64,000 nucleotides of DNA from a bacterium (GTDB lineage Bacteria > SAR324 > NAC60-12): assembly GCA_965209155.1 (NCBI GenBank), contig OZ242383.1, positions 896,001-960,000 on the forward strand, written 5' to 3'. A model generated the notes under the pieces. The model did no database searches and was not told where the DNA came from. It saw nothing but the letters and a program-made list of their open reading frames with translations. Each line of letters starts with the position of its first letter. Position 1 is the stretch's first letter. This document shows, in pieces, positions 8,572 to 18,528 of the stretch. The position numbers and the translations under genes were made by a program.

Positions 8572-10941
8572 TTGGCTATTTCCGCATTGCAACCTTCTAC
8601 AATTAAAATCCATTTGCCTTTTTTCCATTCCTCTTTTCGTCGCAAAATTGGTTTGTCCTTCTACAAGTTTCGCCGGGACTTGCAACAAGCGATTGGACGA
8701 TTCAAGACCCCGGAATCAGGTGCATATTTGTTAACGGCCATTGTCGTTGGTATCGGGGCAGGTCTGGGAGCCGTTGCTTTTCGCTACCTCATCGAGGGCG
8801 TGTCTCATCTGGCTTACGGTGAACTGGGTGGTATGATCAAATCCATCGCACCCTTCCACCTGATGATCCTTCCTGCACTTGGTGGAGCGATCATCGGTCC
8901 ACTCATCTATCGCTTTGCTCGGGAGGCCAAAGGGCATGGAGTTCCAGAAATCATGGAAGCTGTGGCCTTGCGGGGGGGAAGGATCCGTCCTCCTGTGGTT
9001 CTTGTCAAATCTCTTGCGTCATCCATCTGTATTGGTACCGGTGGTTCTGTAGGAAGGGAAGGTCCTATTGCTCAAATCGGAGCGGCCTTGGGATCCACGG
9101 TCGGTCAATGGCTTAAACTTTCAGATGACCACATCCGTACTTTGGTCGCTTGTGGAGCAGCGGGAGGCATTGCTGCCACTTTCAATGCTCCGATTGCCGG
9201 GTCAATCTTCGCCTTGGAAGTGGTCTTGAATCGCATCAACAGTCTTTATTTTGGGGCGGTGGTGATTTCGGCTGTCATTGCCGATGTCATCGCTCATCTC
9301 TTTGAAGGTGACTCACGAGCTTTAACGGTTCCAGTCAGTTTCCTGGCCAGTCCCTGGGAGCTTTTTTTATATGCTATGCTCGGAGCAGTCGCAGCCGTAT
9401 TTTCTGTCGCTTTCACTCGTTTACTCTACTTTACTGAAGACTTGTGGAACAAAATTCCTGTGCCGGAATACGTAAAGCCGATGTTGGGAGGCTTACTATT
9501 AGGGGTGGTTGGCATTTTTTCATTCCAGGTTGACGGATTCCCACGAGTTTTCTCGGTTGGCTACAACACAATCAGTGAGGTCATTTTTGGCGAGTTGATG
9601 TTTTTGGTTGTGGCGGCCCTGCTTTTTTTAAAAATGCTGGCCACCGTCATTACCTTGGGTTCCGGTGGATCGGGAGGCATCTTTGCTCCTTCACTCTTTA
9701 TGGGGGCAATGCTGGGCAGCGCATTTGGTCAACTTGCAAACCAGATGCTACCGGAGATCACAGGGCCTTCCGGAACTTATGCCTTGGTGGGGATGGCTGC
9801 GTTTTTCAGTGGTGCAGCGCATGCGCCTATCACGGCCATCCTGATTTTGTTTGAGATGACGGGTGATTACAATATCATTCTTCCACTGATGTTGGCCACG
9901 GTGGTCAGTACGTTGGTTTCCCGCATGATCAGCGAAGAATCCATTTATACCCTCAAACTCAGTCGTCGAGGCGTCCAATTGGATTTAGGAGCCGAGGATG
10001 TCGATGTCATGCAGGGGATAACGGTTGGGGAAGTGATGAGTCGAAATATGGATCTCATTCCGGCGAAAATGCCTTTTAAAGCGTTGATGGAAAAATTTGC
10101 TTTAACCCACCATCACGGATTTCCCGTTGTTGATGAGGAAGGAGATTTACTGGGAATTGTGACCATAAAGGATCTGGAAGATGCGCTCAGCGCCGGGAAG
10201 ATGGAGGGAATAACGGCGTTGGACATTGCAACGACAAAAGAGCTACAAATTGCTCACCCATACGAACCTGTTTGGATGGCTCTACGCCGTCTCGGTGACC
10301 ACGACATTGGACGCCTTCCGGTAATGGATGAAGAAAAGAAAAAATTTGTGGGATTGATAAGCCGTATTGAAATTATCCGGGCATACAACCAGGCCATTCT
10401 TAAAAAAGCTGAAAAACAACACCAAAGCGAGATGATCCGCTTGGAAAAACTGGATGGTACCAGTCTCGTCGAAGTTAAAATCGCCTCCCCCTCTCCGGTT
10501 ATCGGAAAACGGGTTCGGGAAATTGATCTGCCCAGTCAGTCTCTCATTGTTTCAGTACGTCGGGGTCGTAAAATACGAGTGGTCAATGGATATACCTCAT
10601 TGCAAGAGGGAGATCAGGTGACTGTTTTCTGTAAAGAAATACGAGTCCCCATGGTGCGTGCATATTTGACCGGTGATCTCGAAAAAAAAGGGGACGCGAA
10701 ACTCAAGGAACCTCAAAGACGGGTACGATACAGGGAAGTCTTCATTCCCTCGGGTGCTATCTGCGCTGGAACTCGAGTACGGGACTTGAGTTTACCTCTC
10801 GAGTGTATCTTGACCAGTATTCATCGGGAGGGAAAAATAATTATGCCTCAAGGCGATACCTTGCTACAAACCGGAGATGAAGTGGAAATATTCGGAAGGG
10901 AAGATAAATTGAACGAGGCGCAGCAAAGCTTGTTGCGATAA
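8572..10941 (+). CDS. ClC chloride channel/transporter with CBS pair and two TrkA-C (RCK_C) domains
   Basis: GHGVPE, GREGP, FNAP, GGIFAP; CBS (HHGFPVVD, IGRLPV); two RCK_C repeats (GKRVREIDLP..., GTRVRDLSLP...); start uncertain. Confidence 0.92.
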   Translation: MAISALQPSTIKIHLPFFHSSFRRKIGLSFYKFRRDLQQAIGRFKTPESGAYLLTAIVVGIGAGLGAVAFRYLIEGVSHLAYGELGGMIKSIAPFHLMILPALGGAIIGPLIYRFAREAKGHGVPEIMEAVALRGGRIRPPVVLVKSLASSICIGTGGSVGREGPIAQIGAALGSTVGQWLKLSDDHIRTLVACGAAGGIAATFNAPIAGSIFALEVVLNRINSLYFGAVVISAVIADVIAHLFEGDSRALTVPVSFLASPWELFLYAMLGAVAAVFSVAFTRLLYFTEDLWNKIPVPEYVKPMLGGLLLGVVGIFSFQVDGFPRVFSVGYNTISEVIFGELMFLVVAALLFLKMLATVITLGSGGSGGIFAPSLFMGAMLGSAFGQLANQMLPEITGPSGTYALVGMAAFFSGAAHAPITAILILFEMTGDYNIILPLMLATVVSTLVSRMISEESIYTLKLSRRGVQLDLGAEDVDVMQGITVGEVMSRNMDLIPAKMPFKALMEKFALTHHHGFPVVDEEGDLLGIVTIKDLEDALSAGKMEGITALDIATTKELQIAHPYEPVWMALRRLGDHDIGRLPVMDEEKKKFVGLISRIEIIRAYNQAILKKAEKQHQSEMIRLEKLDGTSLVEVKIASPSPVIGKRVREIDLPSQSLIVSVRRGRKIRVVNGYTSLQEGDQVTVFCKEIRVPMVRAYLTGDLEKKGDAKLKEPQRRVRYREVFIPSGAICAGTRVRDLSLPLECILTSIHREGKIIMPQGDTLLQTGDEVEIFGREDKLNEAQQSLLR

Positions 10942-10942
10942 A

Positions 10943-11713
10943 TTACGCAGGAAGTTGAAAGAGACGGATTGCATTATCCGTTGTCTGAGCTGCCAGGGAC
11001 TGCAAAGATACGTTTCGCGCATTGGCAACAAACTCGGCAATCACCGGAATTTTTGAAGGATCATTTGCTTTTCCCCGAAATGGAACTGGCGCCAAATAAG
11101 GCGAGTCGGTTTCCAATAAAATTCGATCCAATGGTACGTACCGCATTACCTCCCGCACTTCTTCCGCATTGCGAAAGGTCGTAATCCCGTTAATACCAAT
11201 GTACCAGTCCATATCCAGTAATTCTTCAGCCATCTGCAAACCACTGGTAAAACTATGGGCGACGCCTTTTCGGGTTGGCGGATTTGCTTTCAAGATAGCC
11301 ATCGTATCTTGCCGGGCTTCCCGACTATGAAGAATAACAGGCAGTTGTAGTTGTTCCGCCAATACCAATTGCCGAGCGAAGACGTTTTTTTGCACCGTTT
11401 TCTCCGAGTGCATATAGTGATAATCCAACCCCGTTTCTCCCACAGCAACTATTTTGGCATTGTTGACGGCCTGATTAAAAATTTGTTGGGTAATTGTTTC
11501 CCTATATGTTGATGCTTCGTGGGGGTGCACTCCCAGACTGCCGTATATCTGCGTATACTGCTCTACTGTTTGTAAAACAAATTGCATGGATGCTTCATCC
11601 GTTGCAATCGTGATCATACTATGTACTCCCGCATGCCCGGCGAGTCTTACGATATCTTGCACTGTCGATTTCAGCATTTCCAAGTGACAATGCGTATCCA
11701 TGAATCGTGTCAT
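10943..11713 (-). CDS. tatD: TatD family hydrolase
   Basis: DTHCH, GVHPH, VGETGLDY, HSRE, HSF, LETDSPYL. Confidence 0.95.
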   Translation of the reverse strand: MTRFMDTHCHLEMLKSTVQDIVRLAGHAGVHSMITIATDEASMQFVLQTVEQYTQIYGSLGVHPHEASTYRETITQQIFNQAVNNAKIVAVGETGLDYHYMHSEKTVQKNVFARQLVLAEQLQLPVILHSREARQDTMAILKANPPTRKGVAHSFTSGLQMAEELLDMDWYIGINGITTFRNAEEVREVMRYVPLDRILLETDSPYLAPVPFRGKANDPSKIPVIAEFVANARNVSLQSLAAQTTDNAIRLFQLPA

Positions 11714-12299
11714 CTCTTTTGCAGATAAGATAATGATTTTCAGGACAGGGTCGTCAAGGCCCCTATTCAGTTATCGGGTTTAATCAAAAGGTCGTTCCCT
11801 CCCCGATTCGATTGTTTTGTTAAAGGGAAAAACACTCGAATGGGATAAAACTAAAAGCATTCCCGATTCACGCAAAATGTTTCGTATATTAAATTCTGAG
11901 CGTATTGCTCCTCCTTGCGAAATAGAGTCGTGCAGAAATTATACCTGGACACAAGATACAAGGAGAAAACATGCAAAGCGATACAAAAGTGGACTATTTT
12001 CATGACACTTTAAAACGGTTGATTTTTGTTCTTATGAAATGCTATTTTTAACACAGCCAGTTGGAGACAGTTTTTTTACCTAAACTATGCGTGTACTTCG
12101 ATAGTCGGATCTCATTTCTTCACATCTTATTTTCGGCCACTATCGTTTCTCTCGTACGAGCCAATTTTGTTGTTCCAATCACAAAATCTCTGTTCATCCG
12201 CACCGAAGTCCCCTGATGAACATTTCTATTCGCGAAGATAATTTCTTCGAAATCAATCCCTCGCATCGAGCGAATGCGCATTCCACACGATCACGTACC

Positions 12300-13031
12300 A
12301 TGAATTTTGAACCATTATGCCGGAAGATTGATTATTTTTTCAAGAATTACCAGTTGTTGCGTCAAGCATGCACGCACAAATCTTTTGTCAATGAGCAATC
12401 TCTTGGAGAGAATGAGGACAATGAACGCCTTGAATTCCTGGGAGATGCAGTTCTGGATTTGCTGATCAGTGATTTATTAATGGATCATTTTCCAGACCTT
12501 TCGGAAGGAGGATTGACGAAGTTACGTGCCAGTCTCGTCAGTGAAACCGGCTTGAGCAAAATTGCCCATTCTATTGATCTGGGTGCGTATTTATTGTTGG
12601 GAAGAGGAGAAGAATTGACCGGGGGGCGTCAGAAAAAGTCTATACTTTCCAGTTCGTTGGAAGCCCTCATCGCAGCAATTTATACAGATACGCGTCAAGA
12701 GGGTTTATTGCCTGTTCAGAAAGTAGTTCATAAACTTTTCAAAAAAGAAATCCCCCGGACTGTCGATTCTTACCTGCTCCATGACGATAAAACGGATTTG
12801 CAGGAATTCGTACAGAAAAATTTTAAGGCGACTGTCGTTTACAATCTCCTGAACACTTTCGGACCGGAACATCAGAAAGAGTTTGAAGTGGTTGCCACGA
12901 TTGATGAAAAAGAATTGGGCCGCGGCAGAGGAAGCAGTAAGAAACAGGCAGAGCAACGAGCAGCCAGGGAGGCCCTGTTCGCATTAACGGAAGGTGAGGA
13001 TTTCTTTACGTCGGAGGAAATCGAGGAATAG
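12300..13031 (+). CDS. rnc: Ribonuclease III
   Basis: NERLEFLGDAVL signature and C-terminal dsRBD (GRGSSKKQAEQ); start set at MNFEPL. Confidence 0.96.
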   Translation: MNFEPLCRKIDYFFKNYQLLRQACTHKSFVNEQSLGENEDNERLEFLGDAVLDLLISDLLMDHFPDLSEGGLTKLRASLVSETGLSKIAHSIDLGAYLLLGRGEELTGGRQKKSILSSSLEALIAAIYTDTRQEGLLPVQKVVHKLFKKEIPRTVDSYLLHDDKTDLQEFVQKNFKATVVYNLLNTFGPEHQKEFEVVATIDEKELGRGRGSSKKQAEQRAAREALFALTEGEDFFTSEEIEE

Positions 13032-13039
13032 AAGGATCA

Positions 13040-13786
13040 ATGAATCAAACACCCAATTCAGAAAAATCGCAAGGAATCCGCATCCAGAAAATGATAGCAA
13101 AGGCAGGGATTGCTTCCAGAAGAGCGGCCGAAGAGCTGATTTCTTCCGGAAAAGTGACGCTCGATGGACGATGCGTAACACTGGGACAGCGTATGCAGGT
13201 CGGTAACGATTTGCTGAGGGTCGATGGCATACCGGTACTTTGGAAGGAGTGTGAAAGGATCGTCTATGCTTTCTACAAACCTAAAAAATGCATCACTACA
13301 TTAAATGATCCCCAAGGACGTTCAACCGTCAAAGAATTTTTTCCTCGATCCAAACACACGCTCTTTCCCGTCGGTCGCTTGGATTATGATTCGGAAGGGT
13401 TATTGCTGATTACCAATGATGGCGACTTTGCAGAACAGGTTATCCATCCGAAATTTAAACTCTGGAAAACGTACTTTGTTAAATTGAAAGGAAAGATTGC
13501 CGACTCCGATTTGACGAAACTCCGAAAAGGACCTCGCTTGCAAGGACGACGACATTTGCCGATTCGCGTGAAAATCATTCACTGGATCAACGATAAATCA
13601 TGGTTGGAAGTCTCTCTGCAGGAAGGCAAAAATCAACAAATCAAAAAAATGTTTCAGAGCGTGGGCTACCGTGTATTGAAGATCAAACGTTACAGCATCG
13701 GTTCTGTCACATTGGACGGATTGCAGCCTGGAATGTCTCGCTTACTCCCCCCCGAGGAGATTGAACACTTACTGCGAAAATCATGA
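13040..13786 (+). CDS. rluB: RsuA/RluB family pseudouridine synthase
   Basis: S4 domain (RIQKMIAKAGIASRR), PVGRLDYDSEGLLLITNDG, EGKN. Confidence 0.88.
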   Translation: MNQTPNSEKSQGIRIQKMIAKAGIASRRAAEELISSGKVTLDGRCVTLGQRMQVGNDLLRVDGIPVLWKECERIVYAFYKPKKCITTLNDPQGRSTVKEFFPRSKHTLFPVGRLDYDSEGLLLITNDGDFAEQVIHPKFKLWKTYFVKLKGKIADSDLTKLRKGPRLQGRRHLPIRVKIIHWINDKSWLEVSLQEGKNQQIKKMFQSVGYRVLKIKRYSIGSVTLDGLQPGMSRLLPPEEIEHLLRKS

Positions 13787-13872
13787 AGGTTCGTGCAAAG
13801 TTCGAGTTTGCCATTCGAGAAAAAATGTCACAATAAATTGGAGATCCTACAGCGTTCTTCTCGAAGCTCCAA

Positions 13873-14961
13873 TCAAGAAACCTGCAGCCATCCTTTCAGC
13901 ACATCCATGTTATGTTGGAAAACTCGCTCGAGCCAATGGCGGTGGTCGAGGGTTTTGATTTCGATGACGTCAAATTCCTTGATCTTGGATGACAAATATT
14001 CGTCACTGGTCATTATTTCATCAACCAAACCTCGTTCCTTGGCTTGGGTGCCCAGCCAGTAATCACCTGTTGCCACGTCCTCAATGTCAAGACTTTGGCG
14101 ATTGAGGGCCACATGTTCTTTGAAGGCATGGTGAATCTCTTCAATATTTTCCTGAAATTTTTGTTTGTCTTCTTCAGTGACTTCGTAAAATGGGGTGACG
14201 GTTCGTTTGTATTTGCCTGAAGTGAAAAGGTAGTAATCAACGTCGTGTTTTTGCAAGACTTTGTGAAAATTGGGAATACCGGCAACTACGCCGATCGAGC
14301 CGATGAAAGCAAAAGGAGACGCTACGATTTTGTCCGCCACAGCCGCCATCATATAACCACCACTGGCCGCAATGACATCCACGCAAATCGTCACTTTCAA
14401 TCCGGCATTTTTAAGACGAGTCAATTGAGCGCTGGCCAATCCGTAATGCGTAACCGCTCCTCCCGGACTACTCAAACGGACCACTACCTCATCGGTGGGA
14501 CTGGCAACCTGGAGTAACAACGAAACCTCCTCTCGAAAATGTTCGGTAGCATGGGCCATAATATCCCCAATGAAGGTGAGCACAAAGACCTTCGAAACAT
14601 GGCTTTTAAAAACCTCGGTGACTTTCATCTGCTTTTCCAGTTGTTCCCTGACTTTTTGGAGAGTACTGCTCGCCTGGCTTTTTTTGCTCTGCGATTCTTT
14701 CTTTTTTTCCAGTTTTTTATATTTTCTGAGCAGTTTTAACGCCGGTTTGGGAAGGGGATGTTCCTGATAAGCCAATTTTTCAAATTTATGTATCTCTTTC
14801 TCGAAACGATTATTCAGTTTTTTGAATACGATCTGGGGCTCTTTGGATTTGAAGGGCTTTCTGAAAAACAAGAATTTGAGAATGAAAAACAAGCCTGCCA
14901 AGGCAAACAAGGTCACTGCGACATAGTAAAACGTATAATATTCTGAAAAAAGTTCAACCAT
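13873..14961 (-). CDS. sohB: S49 family protease SohB
   Basis: N-terminal TM, SPGGAVTHYGLA, AASGGYMMA, GSIGVV, GKYKRT. Confidence 0.92.
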   Translation of the reverse strand: MVELFSEYYTFYYVAVTLFALAGLFFILKFLFFRKPFKSKEPQIVFKKLNNRFEKEIHKFEKLAYQEHPLPKPALKLLRKYKKLEKKKESQSKKSQASSTLQKVREQLEKQMKVTEVFKSHVSKVFVLTFIGDIMAHATEHFREEVSLLLQVASPTDEVVVRLSSPGGAVTHYGLASAQLTRLKNAGLKVTICVDVIAASGGYMMAAVADKIVASPFAFIGSIGVVAGIPNFHKVLQKHDVDYYLFTSGKYKRTVTPFYEVTEEDKQKFQENIEEIHHAFKEHVALNRQSLDIEDVATGDYWLGTQAKERGLVDEIMTSDEYLSSKIKEFDVIEIKTLDHRHWLERVFQHNMDVLKGWLQVS

Positions 14962-14980
14962 GACTGCCTATTAATATTTA

Positions 14981-15868
14981 TCAGGGGCTAGAAAATCGTT
15001 GATGCCACATTTCGTAGAATTTCAGACAGTCTTCCATTACTTTTTGAACTGGAAGCTCCAGACATTGCGCATAAGCGCGGATATAATTTTTCACGTAAAC
15101 TAAGCCTTTAGGCAACTTTGAATATTCTTCGTTTTCAATGGCCTCCAAATATACGAATTGTACACAGGTCTCCTGAGCCACTTCTTCCAGTTTGATTGAT
15201 TTTAACTGACGGACTTGCTGCAACAATTTCCCATTGAATGATTCGACAGTGGACATGAAATCTGCCATTTTCTGGCGACTATCGCTATTTTTCCTCTCAA
15301 TCACTTTTCGATTGTGATGACGATCTACCAAGTGGTTATCCATCAACTCCCCAAAAGTCTTATGACGTGAGTTTGGAGGGGTTGGTGGTATTGTTTGTTT
15401 TTCCCGAAATGAATCATCAGCGGCTGTTTCTGAACTCCCTGCAACTTCCGCAGGTTTCACATGGGTTTGTTCAGAAACAGGAAGAGGGGGGGCTTGAGAC
15501 GAATTTTGAGAAGTCGCTTGTGATGTTTTGGTTCTCTCCCTGCAGAAATCAGGGATGAAATAATAGTTCTTGGCGGAGGTCTGATTGTTTTCTAAGGTTA
15601 CTTTCTCAACAAGAGGCGTTGAGGATAGTGAATGCAGTGATTGATCATAACGAATGCGGGTAATCGGGTCTATCAAGGTCATATATGCGCAGGAAATTTT
15701 CTGCATGATGGCATCGCAATCAACATCGGACGCCTTCGAATAATTCTCCAGCATATCTGTTTCAAAAGTTTGCCAAACCAACTCATACGCCTTTTCTATT
15801 TCACAGGGAGAAGCATTTTCCGGAATATTCAAAACCTGATAATAATTGTCTTCTATTATATTATTCAT
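14981..15868 (-). CDS. J-like N-terminal domain plus C-terminal XRE/RodZ-type HTH protein
   Basis: NYYQVLNIPENAS...AYMTLIDPITRIRYD without HPD; C-terminal GKLLQQVRQLKSIKLEEVAQ...YLEAIE...YIRAYAQCL. Confidence 0.75.
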   Translation of the reverse strand: MNNIIEDNYYQVLNIPENASPCEIEKAYELVWQTFETDMLENYSKASDVDCDAIMQKISCAYMTLIDPITRIRYDQSLHSLSSTPLVEKVTLENNQTSAKNYYFIPDFCRERTKTSQATSQNSSQAPPLPVSEQTHVKPAEVAGSSETAADDSFREKQTIPPTPPNSRHKTFGELMDNHLVDRHHNRKVIERKNSDSRQKMADFMSTVESFNGKLLQQVRQLKSIKLEEVAQETCVQFVYLEAIENEEYSKLPKGLVYVKNYIRAYAQCLELPVQKVMEDCLKFYEMWHQRFSSP

Positions 15869-16278
15869 AGGAATCACAAACTTGTGCTGTACGTGGCCAA
15901 AACTGGGAACGCGAGAACTTGAATGTTCGTATTCAAGGGAAGCGATGAATTGAATTTAATGATTACGCACCTTCTTTGAATACCTCAGAAAGACAAGCAA
16001 TTTTTTGGCCATCATTTTCCACTTTCTTTGCATTCCATTCAAAAAAGTGTAAATCTGCAGAGTCGCTCCTCAGTCAACAGGTGGCAGTTGGTTACATTCA
16101 CGGGTTGTATGAAAAACAGAACTGTGATAAATTGAAAGGACTGAAAAATGTTGACGATTGCTTCATGAATAAATCCTTTTCCCCGGTAAAATATATTCTC
16201 TGAACTTGAATCTATGGCGGTTACTTTAATTCTTACGGGAGTCCTGTTATTCCATAGAATGAAAGAACCGATAAGTTA

Positions 16279-16521
16279 ATGGCGGAACTCACCTTGAAAT
16301 GGCCGGAAAATGTACCGGGGAAATACTATGTGGATGAAGAATGCATAGACTGTAATTTGTGTTCTGAAATCGCCCCGGATAATTTCAGGGTCAATGAGGA
16401 AGAGGGGCACGATTATGTTTACAAACAACCAACGACTGGCGAAGAAGAAGATCTGTGTGTGGAAGCAATGGAATCTTGTCCCGTCGAAGCAATTGGAGAT
16501 GATGGCCACTCACCTGCATGA
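16279..16521 (+). CDS. Ferredoxin
   Basis: CIDCNLC...CPVEAIG, acidic 80 aa. Confidence 0.92.
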   Translation: MAELTLKWPENVPGKYYVDEECIDCNLCSEIAPDNFRVNEEEGHDYVYKQPTTGEEEDLCVEAMESCPVEAIGDDGHSPA

Positions 16522-16549
16522 AAACGATTGAATATGGAAAGGAAACAAT

Positions 16550-17269
<720 letters not shown>

Positions 17270-17307
17270 CAGGGTCAATTGAATAATTTTCAGGTCGAGG
17301 AAAAGTT

Positions 17308-17712
17308 ATGTCTGATACAAATCAATCGCATTGGTTTTCGAAACATTCTCAAGCTAAAGTGGTGCTGACGGAAAAAGCCGCAGAAATATTCAAACAATCC
17401 TGTCTGGAAGAGGGAAAGGGGCTTGAGGAATCCTTTCTGCGAATTGACGCCAATCCAGGGGGTTGTTCCGGTTATCGCTATGAACTGGATTTCAATACCC
17501 TGGACGAAATTAAAGCAGAGGATGAAAAATTTGTATCCCATGGCGTCAATATCGTAGTGGATAAAACCTGTTTAACTGAGATACTGGGATCTGTAGAAAT
17601 CGATTATGCGGATGCCAACATGGTGGAGCAAGGATTCGTTTTCAAGCAGCTTATCAATGGACATCAATGTGGCTGCGGAGAATCTTTCACCGCCGTGAAA
17701 GACTTGCAATGA
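17308..17712 (+). CDS. A-type Fe-S carrier (HesB/IscA/ErpA family)
   Basis: GGCSG and CGCGESF. Confidence 0.93.
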   Translation: MSDTNQSHWFSKHSQAKVVLTEKAAEIFKQSCLEEGKGLEESFLRIDANPGGCSGYRYELDFNTLDEIKAEDEKFVSHGVNIVVDKTCLTEILGSVEIDYADANMVEQGFVFKQLINGHQCGCGESFTAVKDLQ

Positions 17713-18341
17713 TGCTCTTCCAGACTGTCGATTTTCTGGCGCAGGCCCTGTGTTTTGTCATTTGGGTTTACAAATGGATCACCATTATTGCGATCTTTCT
17801 CACTTGGGTGACACCGGATCCCCATAATCCCATCGTTTTTTGGGTGAACCGGGTGACCTACCCACTGTGGGCATGGTGCTATCAGCGTTTACCCGCATCG
17901 CTCCAACTCTTCAATGCCTATGTTGCCCTGTTGGTCGTCATATTCCTGCATGCCCTGATTCCGGCATCGGTGCAAACCCTCAATCTCTTTATGCGGCAAT
18001 TGATTACCTTGCAAACTGCCATTACTCAAATCGCTGGACATGCGATCCAGGGAATGGGAATTGTCACATTCAGTATCCTTTGGTTTGCTATCATCATATT
18101 GGGGATCTGGTTTATCCTGACCTTGGTCTCACCGTCTTTCAATAACCCGATTGTTCGTGTGGTGCATATGTTGGCTGATCCTCTCATCACTCCGATTCAA
18201 CGATATCTCCCCCGAACGCAGGTTGATCTTTCTCCCTTGATTGGCATTTTTATCTTGTTTCTCGTTTCTAACTACCTCGTCACTCCGGTTTACGTTCATG
18301 GCAGCATGCTTTCCGCTCCTGTGCGGATTTGCAATTATTGA
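17709..18341 (+). CDS. YggT family membrane protein (two YggT repeats)
   Basis: Two repeats: WVTPDPHNPIV..T.P and PSFNNPIV...DPL...DLSPL; ATGA overlap with the upstream gene. Confidence 0.82.
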   Translation: MMLFQTVDFLAQALCFVIWVYKWITIIAIFLTWVTPDPHNPIVFWVNRVTYPLWAWCYQRLPASLQLFNAYVALLVVIFLHALIPASVQTLNLFMRQLITLQTAITQIAGHAIQGMGIVTFSILWFAIIILGIWFILTLVSPSFNNPIVRVVHMLADPLITPIQRYLPRTQVDLSPLIGIFILFLVSNYLVTPVYVHGSMLSAPVRICNY

Positions 18342-18528
18342 AAACGGAGACCTCCTGAAAATCGCTGAAACCATTAATGAAAATTAAAACATTCCGAAAT
18401 GACTTTTTTTTAAATGGAAATGCGTCCAATCCTTGAAGACGTGAATTGTGATTGTACAACGGGTACGGAAAATGTATTTGTTAAGTAAAAATGATGACAT
18501 TGAAAAATATTCCAGACGAAAATTGACT

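Noticed and set aside
11714..12299. ncRNA or small gene between tatD and rnc
   Set aside because: No recognisable RNA family or convincing ORF by eye; would need an Rfam scan
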